Assembly (NCBI GenBank): GCA_002787815.1
Contig: PCUY01000057.1
Location: 69,930 to 133,929, forward strand
Source: Bacteroidetes bacterium CG12_big_fil_rev_8_21_14_0_65_60_17
Lineage (GTDB): Bacteria; Bacteroidota; Rhodothermia; Rhodothermales; UBA10348
Reading direction: 5' to 3'
DNA: 64,000 nucleotides
The notes below the pieces were generated by a model that saw only the letters and a program-made list of their open reading frames with translations, was not told the DNA's origin and searched no databases. The position numbers and the translations under genes were made by a program. Positions 49,500-60,600 of this stretch are shown one piece after another. Numbering within the stretch: the stretch's first letter is position 1; every line of letters begins with the position of its first letter.

Positions 49500-51965
49500 A
49501 TGCATATCCTTCGTCTCTCGACGTTTCTGGGAATGATCTTGCTGGCCTGGACGCCGGCAAGCACCCTTGCACAGGTGCAACCAGACGCCTACACGCGCCC
49601 CGAAGTACTTGATGTTCTCGGACTCAGCGTGGAAGGTGATGTTGATGAATTCAGTCGCAGCTTCGTTCAACAAACCAGTCAATTGGCCATTGGTCAGAAA
49701 CTCTCCATTCCAGGCGACCCCGCCTTGAGCGATGCCATCCGATCCATCTATCGTCTGGGGACGTACGAAAATGTGCAGATTGTCGAGGAGCGGCGGGTCG
49801 GGTCCGGTGTTTTTCTGGCAATCCACGTACGGCGCGCGCCAACGCTGGGCGAGTACACCTTCTCGAATGTCAAGAAGGGACATGCAAAAGATATCAGAAA
49901 GGAAGTTCCTCTTGTTGCACGTGGTCCCGTCCAGGAAAGTGCTGTAGCCCGCTCCGTACAGATCATCAAGGATTTTTATGCAGATAAGGGACATCCGCTG
50001 GCCGAAGTCGAGATCGTTCGTGACCGGGTGGATGAGCGGACCCTCAATCTGGATTTCCGTATTGACAAAGGGCCGAAGGTCAAAGTCGAGGAAATCCGTT
50101 TCACAGGCAACGAGCAGGTATCTGACCGTCGGTTGCGGAAGGCCATGAAAACCAACAAAAACTCGTTCTGGAAATTCTGGAAGAACGGCAAGCTCAACCG
50201 GGAAGAATATGCCAAGGACATGGATCGGATTGTCCGCGCGTACAATGAGCGTGGGCACTATGATGCCCGTGTCCTGGAGGACACGGTCTATATAGCCGGC
50301 CTTGATGGGGGAGACCCGGAAATCCATGTGGAGGTCAAGGTGGAGGAAGGCCCGAAGTATCATATCCGCCGTATCCGGTGGGAGGGCAATACGCTGTTTT
50401 CCGATGCGCAGTTGACAGAGCGGCTGTCCCTGTTTCCGGGTGACGTGTACAATGTCAAGATGCTCGAGGAGAACCTGTTTGGTGTCGGCAAGAACAACGA
50501 CGTCTCGAGTCTCTACATGAATGCAGGGTACATGCGTTTCGGGGTTGAACCGGAGGTCCGCGTGCGGGGGGATTCCCTCGACCTTGTCATGAATGTGTTT
50601 GAGGGCGACGTGTTTGAATACGGAAACATCCGTATTGCGGGCAACACCACTACCAAAGAGCATGTCATTCGACGCGAACTGTCAACCATTCCGGGTTCGA
50701 CGTTCAGGCGGGATCAGATCCAGGAATCGGTACGCCGCCTCATGCAGTTGAATTACTTCACGCAGGAGTCCGTAGGAGCAGGCCCGGAAATTGACATCAA
50801 TGACGGCAGCAAGACGGTTGATCTTCAGTACAATCTCGAGGAAACCGGCACGAGCCATCTGGAACTCTCGGGTACGTGGGGGCAGTTCGGTCTCGTCCTG
50901 CAACTCCGGTTCAATTTCAACAACTTCTCCGCTCAGAACCTGTTCGATGGTAAAGCTTGGTCCCCGTTGCCTTCAGGCGATGGGCAACAGTTCAGTATAG
51001 GTGTTCAGACCAACGGGTCGCGGTTTCAACAGTATCAGCTGTCGTTCACGGAGCCGTGGTTTCGCGGAAAACCCAAACCGCTTGGGTTTTCCACTTCATT
51101 CTCAAGAATCCGGGGACTGACCATTCTTGACACGGGGACGGCTGGAAACGGACGTCTGCTCACGTTCTCGCAGAGTGTGTTCTATCAGCAGCGCCTTCGG
51201 TGGCCCGACAACTGGTTTCGAACATCGACCCGCATCGGATACCAGTACTTCCTGAACGAGGACTGGATATCCACGCTCCCGCAGGGCGTATCACAGCAAC
51301 TTACCATCACCCAGGACTTCACCCGGGACAACACGAATCATCCTCTCTTTCCCAGCCAGGGATCGAGCTTTCTGCTCTCTGCACAGATCGCTCCTCCCGT
51401 TGGGGATCTGATTCAGTTCCACAAGTGGAGACTGAATACGTCGTGGTATGCACCCATTACGCGAAAAATTTCCCTGTCGTTCAGTTCGGATTTCGGCTTC
51501 ATCGGCACGCTCAACGGGGAAGAGGTGGAATTCGAGCGCTTTGTTGTCGGCGGTTCTCCCTTCGAGACGCAGGGGTTTCTGAGCTTTTTCGGCAAGGATG
51601 TGATTTACATGAGGGGCTTCCCCCTGGCAGCTGTCGGACCGAGAAATGCGGACAATGAACCGGTTGGTGGTCGTATCCTGAACAAATATGGTGCTCAACT
51701 GACCTGGATGGCGGTCCAGTCCCAGTCGTTGCAGGCCGCGCCATATCTATTCATGGATGCAGCCAATGCATGGGACCAGTTCCGCGCGTACAATCCGACG
51801 GACGTCTTCCGGAGTGCCGGGTTTGGAGCGAAGGTATTTCTTCCTATTCTGGGTATGGTCGAGATGGCGTATGGATACAACTTTGATGAATTCACGCAGT
51901 TGACCAGTGGCCACAACGGATCCAAAAAGTGGACCTTTCAGTTCAGCCTCGGACAGGGCTTCTGA
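49500..51965 (+). CDS. bamA: outer membrane protein assembly factor BamA
   Basis: 821 aa. It has a signal peptide, POTRA-like repeats (e.g. VEEIRFTGNEQVSDRRLRKAM, IRRIRWEGNTLFSDAQL), and a C-terminal barrel ending in WTFQFSLGQGF. Confidence 0.9.
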   Translation: MHILRLSTFLGMILLAWTPASTLAQVQPDAYTRPEVLDVLGLSVEGDVDEFSRSFVQQTSQLAIGQKLSIPGDPALSDAIRSIYRLGTYENVQIVEERRVGSGVFLAIHVRRAPTLGEYTFSNVKKGHAKDIRKEVPLVARGPVQESAVARSVQIIKDFYADKGHPLAEVEIVRDRVDERTLNLDFRIDKGPKVKVEEIRFTGNEQVSDRRLRKAMKTNKNSFWKFWKNGKLNREEYAKDMDRIVRAYNERGHYDARVLEDTVYIAGLDGGDPEIHVEVKVEEGPKYHIRRIRWEGNTLFSDAQLTERLSLFPGDVYNVKMLEENLFGVGKNNDVSSLYMNAGYMRFGVEPEVRVRGDSLDLVMNVFEGDVFEYGNIRIAGNTTTKEHVIRRELSTIPGSTFRRDQIQESVRRLMQLNYFTQESVGAGPEIDINDGSKTVDLQYNLEETGTSHLELSGTWGQFGLVLQLRFNFNNFSAQNLFDGKAWSPLPSGDGQQFSIGVQTNGSRFQQYQLSFTEPWFRGKPKPLGFSTSFSRIRGLTILDTGTAGNGRLLTFSQSVFYQQRLRWPDNWFRTSTRIGYQYFLNEDWISTLPQGVSQQLTITQDFTRDNTNHPLFPSQGSSFLLSAQIAPPVGDLIQFHKWRLNTSWYAPITRKISLSFSSDFGFIGTLNGEEVEFERFVVGGSPFETQGFLSFFGKDVIYMRGFPLAAVGPRNADNEPVGGRILNKYGAQLTWMAVQSQSLQAAPYLFMDAANAWDQFRAYNPTDVFRSAGFGAKVFLPILGMVEMAYGYNFDEFTQLTSGHNGSKKWTFQFSLGQGF

Positions 51966-51986
51966 CGCCGTCCGGCGTACCGGAGA

Positions 51987-52547
51987 ATGTCCTCCAATTC
52001 AGACAGTAACCCCATGAGAGTGTCAACAATAGTATCGGGTCTCCTGCTGGTGCTGTCGGTGCAGACCGCTTCAGCCCAGCAGAATATTGCGTACATGGAT
52101 TCAGAGTACATTCTGGGCCGATTACCGGAATATGCCACCGTACAGCAGCAACTGGACCGTTTATCGGGTGATTGGCAGAAGGAACTGGACGCCATGAAGC
52201 GGGAACTGGACACCCGGTTTCGTGAATACCAGTCCCGGGAACTGCTCTACACACCCGAAGAGAGACAGAGGAAGCGCCAGGAAATTGTGCGTGCTGAGAA
52301 TGAGTTGGAGCAATTGCGAACGCGGTATTTCGGCCCGGAAGGCGAGATATTCACGCGGCAGGAACAGCTCATGAGACCACTGCAGGAGCGTATCCTGGAA
52401 GCCGTCGAGCAAGTGGCCACGGCGGAAGGATATGACTACGTGTTTGACATTTCAGGCGACTTTCTGTTCATGTTCCGACGCCAACAGTACAACGTCTCTG
52501 ATCTCGTGCTGAGAGAACTCGGCATAGACCTTGATATGAATCAGTAA
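51987..52547 (+). CDS. skp: OmpH/Skp-family periplasmic chaperone (copy 1)
   Basis: 186 aa. Signal peptide, IAYMDSEYILGRLPEY, a long charged coiled arm, and a position directly after bamA. Confidence 0.8.
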   Translation: MSSNSDSNPMRVSTIVSGLLLVLSVQTASAQQNIAYMDSEYILGRLPEYATVQQQLDRLSGDWQKELDAMKRELDTRFREYQSRELLYTPEERQRKRQEIVRAENELEQLRTRYFGPEGEIFTRQEQLMRPLQERILEAVEQVATAEGYDYVFDISGDFLFMFRRQQYNVSDLVLRELGIDLDMNQ

Positions 52548-52580
52548 CCACATTCAGTGAACACATAAGAACTCAAATCC

Positions 52581-53138
52581 ATGTACAAGCATTCACTCAC
52601 GCTACTCGCTCTTCTTCTGCTGGGCTCCAGCGCCATGGCGCAGTCTGCGGACAACTCCATTCGCATTGGCTATGCCGATCCGGAACTGATTATCCAGTAT
52701 ATGCCGGATTACCGATCCATACAGGAGGAAATTCAACGCGAGGTTGCAACGGGACAGCAGGCGCTTCAGGCCCTTGCGGAAGATTTCCAGGAACGTGTTG
52801 AGCGCTACGAGAAACAGCGTCCGCTGTTGACGCCCGAGCGCCAGCAGGAGCGTGAGTCCGAGCTGGCCCAACTCCAGAATGAAATCAGACAATCGGCCGA
52901 ATCCAAGGATGAGGAAATTGCCCAGAGGGAACAGGAGCTGATGGCACCGCTTCTGGATCGCGTTCAAACGGTTATTGATCGTATTGCGACGGCCAATAAT
53001 CTGGACGTTGTCATGCGTTCACCAGCCCTGCTTTATGTCAATGAAGACCGTGTCATGAATCTGAACCTGGATATCGCCCGGGAACTCGGTATTGAAATCG
53101 ACGAAGATTCCGAAGCGGTCCAATCGGTTGGAAACTGA
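52581..53138 (+). CDS. skp: OmpH/Skp-family periplasmic chaperone (copy 2)
   Basis: 185 aa. Signal peptide MYKHSLTLLALLLLGSSAMAQ, IGYADPELIIQYMPDY, coiled arm. Paralogue of the upstream gene. Confidence 0.8.
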   Translation: MYKHSLTLLALLLLGSSAMAQSADNSIRIGYADPELIIQYMPDYRSIQEEIQREVATGQQALQALAEDFQERVERYEKQRPLLTPERQQERESELAQLQNEIRQSAESKDEEIAQREQELMAPLLDRVQTVIDRIATANNLDVVMRSPALLYVNEDRVMNLNLDIARELGIEIDEDSEAVQSVGN

Positions 53139-53168
53139 TACGATAAAACGGACGGGAGTCCAAGCGCT

Positions 53169-54002
53169 TTGAGTACTGCGCATTCGGAATTTGACCCTGA
53201 AGCAGTGCGTCGTGTCACGACGCAGACATTACAGGAAATGAAGTCGGCTGGAACACCGATTGCCATGCTGACGGCATACGACTATACGTCCGCACGCATT
53301 CTGGATGGTGCTGGCATTGATGTCATCCTGGTGGGCGACTCTGCCTCCAATGTGATGGCAGGTCACGAAACGACCTTGCCAATCACGCTGGACCAGATGA
53401 TTTACCATGCCCAGTGTGTCGTGCGTGGTGTTGAGCGCGCTCTAGTAGTGGTGGATTTACCATTTGGATCGTATCAGGGAAACAGCCGGGAGGCACTGGT
53501 TTCGGCCATCCGCGTCATGAAGGAGTCGGGGGCGCACGCGGTCAAGCTCGAAGGAGGACGGGCCATTTGCCCAACCGTTGAGCGCCTTATTGATGCCGGT
53601 ATTCCGGTCATGGGACACCTTGGCCTCACCCCGCAGTCCATTTACCGATTTGGTACATATAAAGTCCGGGCACGGGGGGAGGAAGAGGCACGTATCCTCG
53701 AAGAGGACACGGCCATGCTGCAGGAGGCGGGTGTTTTTGCACTCGTTCTGGAGAAAATTCCTTCCAGCCTCGGCGGCCGTGTAAGCCATGTACTCGAGAT
53801 TCCAACCATCGGGATCGGTGCAGGGCCATCCTGTGACGGACAGGTACTTGTGACCCACGACGCACTTGGTCTCACGACAGACTTCAATCCCAGATTCGTA
53901 CGGCGATACGCGCAGCTCGATACGCTCATTGCGGGTTCCGTAAAGACGTTCGTCGAGGATGTCCGTTCACACAGGTTCCCTTCGGATGACGAAAGCTACT
54001 GA
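53169..54002 (+). CDS. panB: 3-methyl-2-oxobutanoate hydroxymethyltransferase
   Basis: 277 aa, TTG start in the track. [49 protein letters not shown]. Confidence 0.9.
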   Translation: MSTAHSEFDPEAVRRVTTQTLQEMKSAGTPIAMLTAYDYTSARILDGAGIDVILVGDSASNVMAGHETTLPITLDQMIYHAQCVVRGVERALVVVDLPFGSYQGNSREALVSAIRVMKESGAHAVKLEGGRAICPTVERLIDAGIPVMGHLGLTPQSIYRFGTYKVRARGEEEARILEEDTAMLQEAGVFALVLEKIPSSLGGRVSHVLEIPTIGIGAGPSCDGQVLVTHDALGLTTDFNPRFVRRYAQLDTLIAGSVKTFVEDVRSHRFPSDDESY

Positions 54003-54786
54003 TCGCCCTTTGATTCTCGTCGCCAATGACGATGGAATAGATGCACCCGGTATCCTGTCGCTGGTGTCGGGACTGGATGGGCTGGGAGATATCATGGTAT
54101 GTGCTCCGATGGAGGAACAGAGTGCTGTTGGCCATGCCATAACCATGCGGGATCCCGTGCGGGCACGTGCCTGGCCCTTCCGTGGCCCCTCCGGACCGGT
54201 AGATGCCTGGGCCGTCAAGGGGACACCGGCGGATTGCGTCAAGTTGGCTCTGAACAAACTGGTACCCCGGCGACCCGATCTGGTCGTCTCGGGCATCAAT
54301 CACGGTCCCAATACAGCGGTCAATGTCCTCTATTCGGGTACCGTGAGTGCTGCCACGGAAGCATCCATCCTGGGTATACCCTCCATTGCATTCTCACATT
54401 GCAAGTGGGGTATCGGGGATTATGAGGCGGCAGCCCGAATAGCCCGGCAGATTGCAGAACATGTGTTGACACATGGAATGTCGACGGGAATTCTTCTCAA
54501 CGTGAACATACCCGATCTGCCGTACGAAGAAATACGGGGCATTATGACAACACGACAGGCCCGTTCCATGTGGGAGGAATCGTTCAGTGAGCGCAAGGAC
54601 CCGTTTGACAAGTCATACTACTGGTTGTCCGGGACGTTCGTGAACCTGGACAGTGGAAAGAATACAGATTTGCAAGCTGTTGAGGACGGTTATGTTTCTG
54701 TGACACCGATCATGCATGACCTCACGGCGCACGCGGCTCTTCGTGATCTTGAATCCTGGGATATCATGGGTGCACTCCATGGGTGA
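53986..54786 (+). CDS. surE: 5'/3'-nucleotidase SurE
   Basis: ATG 53986 gives [47 protein letters not shown]. Overlaps the panB end by 17 nt. Confidence 0.9.
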   Translation: MTKATDRPLILVANDDGIDAPGILSLVSGLDGLGDIMVCAPMEEQSAVGHAITMRDPVRARAWPFRGPSGPVDAWAVKGTPADCVKLALNKLVPRRPDLVVSGINHGPNTAVNVLYSGTVSAATEASILGIPSIAFSHCKWGIGDYEAAARIARQIAEHVLTHGMSTGILLNVNIPDLPYEEIRGIMTTRQARSMWEESFSERKDPFDKSYYWLSGTFVNLDSGKNTDLQAVEDGYVSVTPIMHDLTAHAALRDLESWDIMGALHG

Positions 54787-55258
54787 GTTGCGAGCCACGC
54801 TTGAAAAACAGGCCTCATCCTTTCACTTCACCGCCCGGACGGGCCGGGGGGCTACGGTCCAGATCGATGATCCGTCCTCGCACGCGGACGGCAAGGGTCA
54901 TGGCGCAAGCCCCATGGAACTGTTGCTGGTAGCCGTGGGTGGATGCAGCGCAATAGATATCGTATCCATCCTGGAGAAAGGAAGACACGTGGTGGATGCG
55001 CTGGATATAGACGTGCGCGGGGAAAAGCCGGACGATGCCGTACCGTCATTATTCCAGAAAATACACATCCGCTATGGATTCCGCGGAAATGTCCCGGTAG
55101 ACCGTGCCCGGCGGGCCATCGAGTTGAGTATCGGCACCTACTGTTCTGTAGCGCATACGCTGATGCCAACGGCACAGATCACATGGGATTTCACCATAGA
55201 TGGGAAGATCTTTGGCCCCGTCAACACTGCGCCGGGATTTACCGGCGAACCCAGATAA
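54779..55258 (+). CDS. OsmC/Ohr-family peroxiredoxin-like protein
   Basis: ATG 54779 (overlaps the surE stop). [25 protein letters not shown] and CSVAHTL carry the two conserved Cys contexts of OsmC. Confidence 0.8.
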   Translation: MGELRATLEKQASSFHFTARTGRGATVQIDDPSSHADGKGHGASPMELLLVAVGGCSAIDIVSILEKGRHVVDALDIDVRGEKPDDAVPSLFQKIHIRYGFRGNVPVDRARRAIELSIGTYCSVAHTLMPTAQITWDFTIDGKIFGPVNTAPGFTGEPR

Positions 55259-57572
55259 GCGCCGTCTGCGCCGGCACGGTTACACGGCCCGATGCAGGGT
55301 CATGGACGGACGCTGCAATCCCGTCAGAATGTATCTGGTGGCCATCTGAGATCTGGATCCAATCTGCACCGGGAATAGAAAGCCCTTCGAATGTGCCTTC
55401 CGCCCTGCCGGAGTTGATGAGGACGAGTACGGTCCTGTCGACCAGATACCCGAGCATATCAGTGCGCTGAGGCTCGAAGAATCGGTAGTAATCAGCCGCC
55501 GGTTCATGACCGCCGACACGGAATACAGCACCGACGTTGGACGACCTGAAGTCCAACAGGCCTTTCCAGTATGCCAGCATGGCGTCGTAGTCCATGGGAC
55601 TGTCAGCTCCGACGGTATCCCACAGGTATTGGTTGGCGCGCCGCAGGTTGTATGTATCCCGTTTTCCGTGGATGTATATGGGACCAGAGTCCGTTTTTTT
55701 GACCAGTTCGACGAGTGGGGCTATGCCTTTGGAGCGCATGATTTCCGTACCACCGTGAAGCACAATGGGGCCAAGTGATGTCGTGAGCAGTGTCGCCGCA
55801 ATTCGGAACGCCGCTTCATCCACGTGCTTGAGCCCATTCCAGTCCATATCGGAAAAACGGTCAGCCAGCGTCCAGTTATCGTGGATGTCGAGGTAATTGA
55901 TGCCCCGGTTCGGGTCCATTTCCTCCGGGAAGGAATTGGTCAAACCGCGCTTTGTCTGCTCACGAACCGAACCGTCACCTCCGGCAAAACCACGATCCGT
56001 ACGTGGGTCCACCGGATTGGACACCGGTCCCTTGAATGCATTCCTTGCATCGTCCTGGAAGTAGGTGATGGGCGCATCTGCCTTGTACCATCCGAAATCC
56101 GGATCCGAGGCTACTCTAACGTCCGTAGGGGGAATCCAGGCTTCACCGTAAATAATCAGATCTTCCGGCAATTGATCCTTGACCCAGCGCAGCGTCTGCT
56201 CATCAATCTGACCAGCAAGATCAATCCGGAATCCATCGACGCCAAGCGCATTGACCCAGTGGCTGAGTTGGTCCAGGATCCAGCGTTGGACCATGGGACG
56301 CTCTTCCGACTTTATTTCATTACCGAACGGGCCAATATGGCGCAGCGAGTCATCGGTTCTGTGATAGAAGGGGAGATCGATGGCATTGAAATTGAACAGT
56401 AGGTGTCTTCCGTCCATGTTTTCACCGGTATGGTTCGGGACCACGTCAATAATGACAGACAGCCCCTGATCATGGAACGCCTCGACAAGCGCCTTGAACT
56501 GTTCGCGCTCCGCGCCGGGCTCGGTTCGCGGGTCGCGAAACCGGGATTCGACCGCAAAAGCATGCGTGGTTCTGTAGCCCCATTGATAATTTTCTTCCGA
56601 AATGCCCTGTTCTATCATGTACGGGTCGTCCCGGAATGCACGTTGCCATTCATCGTCAGGATAGTGCAGATACTCCTGGACGGGCATGAGGTGGACTACG
56701 TTGATGCCCAGGTCGACCAGATAGTCGAAACCAATGGCTCGCCCCCGGCTGTTCGTCAAACCAGGCATGGCCATGGCACGGAATGTGCCCCGGAGGGCTT
56801 CATCTACCGGCAACCTGTCGGTGAAGTCCTGGACGTGTACCTCATAGGCGATGACATCTTCCATACGAGGCCGGCCTCCGGTTACGGGTGAAGGTGGAGG
56901 CGTGTCCCGCCAGACGCGTGCCTTTCCGAACGAGTCATCGCTGACCAGTGCATATGGGTCTGTGATATAGGCTGGATGCGTGCCGTAGAAGTAGTTGCCC
57001 GGCTCGTCAGGCCCATGAATGGTGTATGTGTAGTACACACCGTGGTGGTTTCCGGGCTCGGTGGCTTCCCACACACCGTCGTTGTCGACACTCATGATCA
57101 CCGTTCGGTCGGGTACTTCTGCAGGTGTGTCCCGATCCGAGTAGAGATGCAATTCAACACCGAATGCCCGCGGGGCGAAGAGCCTGAAGGTTGTTTCGCT
57201 CCCGTCGACCGCAATGGATGCCCCCAAGGTCTTATCGGAATACAGTGTGGAAAACCATGCATCCCGTCGGATGAAGTGCTCTTCCCCTGTGGGGAGATAG
57301 ATGAGCGTATGCAGCCTGCGAACGTCAAGAGGTGTTTTGGGGACGAGGAGGTAGGACTGTGCCCGTTTGGGAAGGACGTTGCTGACCTGAACGTCCCCGG
57401 ATGCAGCAGTCCGTATCCGGAATTCGGACGCGTCGGGCTGGACGTCAGGATCCGAGACATGGACTGTGATCAATGATTTGTTCACGATCTGGGCACGTGA
57501 GATGTGCTGTCTCGCGGATGTCGGCGTTGAGATCAGCAGCAGGACGCAGAAAGGCAGGATTACGCGGAGCAT
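55239..57572 (-). CDS. secreted GH13 pullulanase-type alpha-glucan debranching enzyme
   Basis: 777 aa. Signal peptide MLRVILPFCVLLLISTPTSARQ. YQWGYRTTH (YNWGYDP-like), DVVPNHT, GFRIDLAGQ, YGEAW, NYLDIHDN (GH13 regions I-IV). The 3' end overlaps the osmC 3' end by 20 nt. Confidence 0.85.
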   Translation of the reverse strand: MLRVILPFCVLLLISTPTSARQHISRAQIVNKSLITVHVSDPDVQPDASEFRIRTAASGDVQVSNVLPKRAQSYLLVPKTPLDVRRLHTLIYLPTGEEHFIRRDAWFSTLYSDKTLGASIAVDGSETTFRLFAPRAFGVELHLYSDRDTPAEVPDRTVIMSVDNDGVWEATEPGNHHGVYYTYTIHGPDEPGNYFYGTHPAYITDPYALVSDDSFGKARVWRDTPPPSPVTGGRPRMEDVIAYEVHVQDFTDRLPVDEALRGTFRAMAMPGLTNSRGRAIGFDYLVDLGINVVHLMPVQEYLHYPDDEWQRAFRDDPYMIEQGISEENYQWGYRTTHAFAVESRFRDPRTEPGAEREQFKALVEAFHDQGLSVIIDVVPNHTGENMDGRHLLFNFNAIDLPFYHRTDDSLRHIGPFGNEIKSEERPMVQRWILDQLSHWVNALGVDGFRIDLAGQIDEQTLRWVKDQLPEDLIIYGEAWIPPTDVRVASDPDFGWYKADAPITYFQDDARNAFKGPVSNPVDPRTDRGFAGGDGSVREQTKRGLTNSFPEEMDPNRGINYLDIHDNWTLADRFSDMDWNGLKHVDEAAFRIAATLLTTSLGPIVLHGGTEIMRSKGIAPLVELVKKTDSGPIYIHGKRDTYNLRRANQYLWDTVGADSPMDYDAMLAYWKGLLDFRSSNVGAVFRVGGHEPAADYYRFFEPQRTDMLGYLVDRTVLVLINSGRAEGTFEGLSIPGADWIQISDGHQIHSDGIAASVHDPASGRVTVPAQTALIWVRR

Positions 57573-57610
57573 GGTGGCGTGGGTGCGTGTGACGGATGAC
57601 CGTAATATAT

Positions 57611-60600
57611 TCAGGCGGCGCGTCCGGGAAAATGGAATATTCTGGCGACGTTATTCTCCTGGTGAGGTGCCATGAGTCCGGTCACCTGACGAAGGAGTTG
57701 TACTTGGGACACGGCACGATCTGTGACTGCCGACACGTGTACATTCGTGGTTTCCGAATCGACATCCTCCCAGAATATGTGAAGGCTGTCCTGGGCACCA
57801 TCATGCAGGTGTTCACGCATGAAGGTGGTCAGTTCGTCACGGATTGTCGCCAGGTTGGCAGAGCGCGATACGGGAACGCACAAACTGACGGCCTGTGCGT
57901 TGTCCAGGAACGTGACGGCGGGACCCAGCATAGCCGCTGGATTCAGTACGACCGACTCGCCTGTCGTGAGGTCTAATCTGACGGTGCTCCTGCTGAGCTT
58001 GATGTCCCGGGCCCTGACTCCATGGAAGAGAACAACAAACCGATTTGCTGCACGTAACTTCCATCGCCACGACGTCATGGCCACAACAAGTTGTATGGCC
58101 GACGAGGATTCGATGGCGATGGAAACGGCACACAGGGCAAGCGCAGTTGAAATTCCCGCAAGCGGCCCCAGAACGGTCACAACCCCTGCCAGAAGGAGTG
58201 CATACAGCAGACACTGGCGTACATACCACAGCAGATGGGAATCGCGGAGATGCGAAATATTGCCAAGTTCAGTGTGGCGAGTGCGTACGACATGTCGAAT
58301 AACAAGATCAGCGGCAATTACATAGGACAGGAACGAAAGAATCCAGAGGAGTACGGCTACGGGAGTGACGGGGGGTAGTGGCACGACAAATCCGGGTGAG
58401 GCCGCGGAATGGTCACGGGAACGGCCCCTGGAAAGATCGTATTCCTGAGCCGGCACAGCGCTTTCATCAGGATGTGCGGTGTCCTCCACGGGTGGGATCA
58501 CCGGCATGAGCACTGCCGATGCAGCCAACGTGTCTGCATCATGTTGAATCGGTCGTGGGGATGACGTCGACCCGCGGAATTGTGATGGAGATGGTGACGG
58601 TGACGAATCCGGGGCCGGTGCAGGAGGAGGGGATGGAGATCCAAGTTGAAGCGATCCGGACGATCCTGTGTCCTGGAACCGGATGGTGCGTTTTACCGGA
58701 ACGGCTTCGAAATACCGTGTCGTGACGGCGCCACCGGTGACGGTAATGCTGTATTCCTGCTCTGCAAAGGTGTGGTAGGCGGGAAGACGATCAGCGGATA
58801 AGAGCCGCAGCACATAGGAGCCGGCGGGAACGCCCCGGACTGTAAAAGAGCCGTTTCTGTCGGTTCGTACCCGCCAGGAACGCGCATCGGACCGAAGTTC
58901 AATCACGGCACCAACTATGCGTTCCTTCTCGACCATTCCGGATCCTACATCGCGGTGCAGAAGACCCGCTTCTCCGGGTGGGCCGAGCCGGGCTACATGA
59001 CCGGAAACACTGCCGGCAGAGACGACCGGGATATCGATCGTACCTGCGTCAGCTCCGACGAGGTACGGCATTTCCGTCAGTGTAACCATCCCATTCGGGA
59101 GGGATACTTGATTGACTTCCAGGTATTCCGAATGGCCCATCGACTTGGGAATGCGAAATTTTCCGTGGGCGTCACTGATAACCAGGTGTGAACCGTAACG
59201 AAGAAGAACACCTTCTATGGGAATACCGGTATCACCATGGTAGACATGGCCATGTAACACATCCAAGGACGCATCACTGGACCGGGGCACGGGTATTCCC
59301 AGAGGCACGGTCACACCCATACGGAATTCCATTTTCCTGTCACTGGATCGTCCGTCCGACATACTTGTCTGGCTCTGGACGAACGCACGACTGCCCGACT
59401 CGAACTGTTTTGACGCCTGGAAAGTGAGGCTGCGGTATGTCTGGGTTTCCCGACCAGTGACCCGATTCTGGATGCCACCCACGGACACGTGCAATTGAGC
59501 AGGAAGTTGGACTCCGGCACGGATGCCATATTGCTCGTACTGCTGTCGGATGCGGGACGAGATCAGGAAATCCGAGTAACGGTCTCCACTGGCCGATATG
59601 CTGAGCCAACGGGTGGGGCTGATCCGCGCTTGGAGGCGGGTTCTGTGGGTGGGCGAAGCCCTGTTGTCCTGGTCAATCCGTTGACCGAAATCCCGGGTTG
59701 CGGTGATGCCCATGCGCGAGCGCTGCAGACCTGTTGTTGCGCGCAGGACGCGTGATTCCGATGAAAGACGGTGGTCCGGCGTGCGGAGCACAATACGGTC
59801 GCGTGTGGCCCGGGCGGATGTGGTCCATGTTGTGGCATGAATGCGGCGGGAATAGGTAACTCCCAGCTTTGCAACGTGCAGCACTCGGTTGGAACCCAGG
59901 TCAGAATTCCTGTACTGGACCTGGAAGGACTCCTCCAACTGAAGTCCGGGCAGCAGTTTGAGGCGAACAGATTCGGAAAAAGACCGGGTGCCGGATTGTG
60001 AGCCCGGAAGTGACGTGGCAGCGCTCAGCGCCTCCATGCGGCTTTGAACTGGACCCCTGGTATACGCCGTCTCGACGCGACACGAGGGGTCTGAAAGGCG
60101 ACCACTGCCCGACAGGCCACATTCAGCCCCGATCAGCGACCGTGACCCGGCCGGTGTCCAGTCGTAGGCAAGCGTTGCAATCGATCCGGAGTAGAGCCCC
60201 TTTCGCGTCAAGAGGTTTGCCGAAAAAAATGAAGATGTGTTCAGGTGTCGGCGTACCGAGACGCCCGCAAGTGCGTCGTCGGGTGCGTAGGAGCGACTTC
60301 GGCTTCCAAGCAACGTTACGTCCCATGCGTTGAAGAGCATTCGGGATGATGCTCCCAGTCGGTAGACACCCCATGTCGTAAGTCGCGACATATTCTGTGC
60401 ATGATCTCCGACGACGACTTCCACCTTTTCAGACGTGTAGGAGATGCGGAATTCATCTCGTGCACCCAAGAGTCCCTGGGACGAGTTACCGGCAAGGGTA
60501 CCAACGACTTCCACGTCTCCATTGAAGGCATCGAATGCAGTCGAAATGTGGGCGACGGGTTGTGTGCCTCGTTCGTTTCCGATGGCTTCCATCGTGAGGG

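Noticed and set aside
49458-50663. 401-aa minus-strand ORF opposite the POTRA region of bamA.
   Set aside because: The same reasoning applies: BamA on the plus strand is unambiguous (signal peptide, POTRA repeats, terminal aromatic barrel strand).
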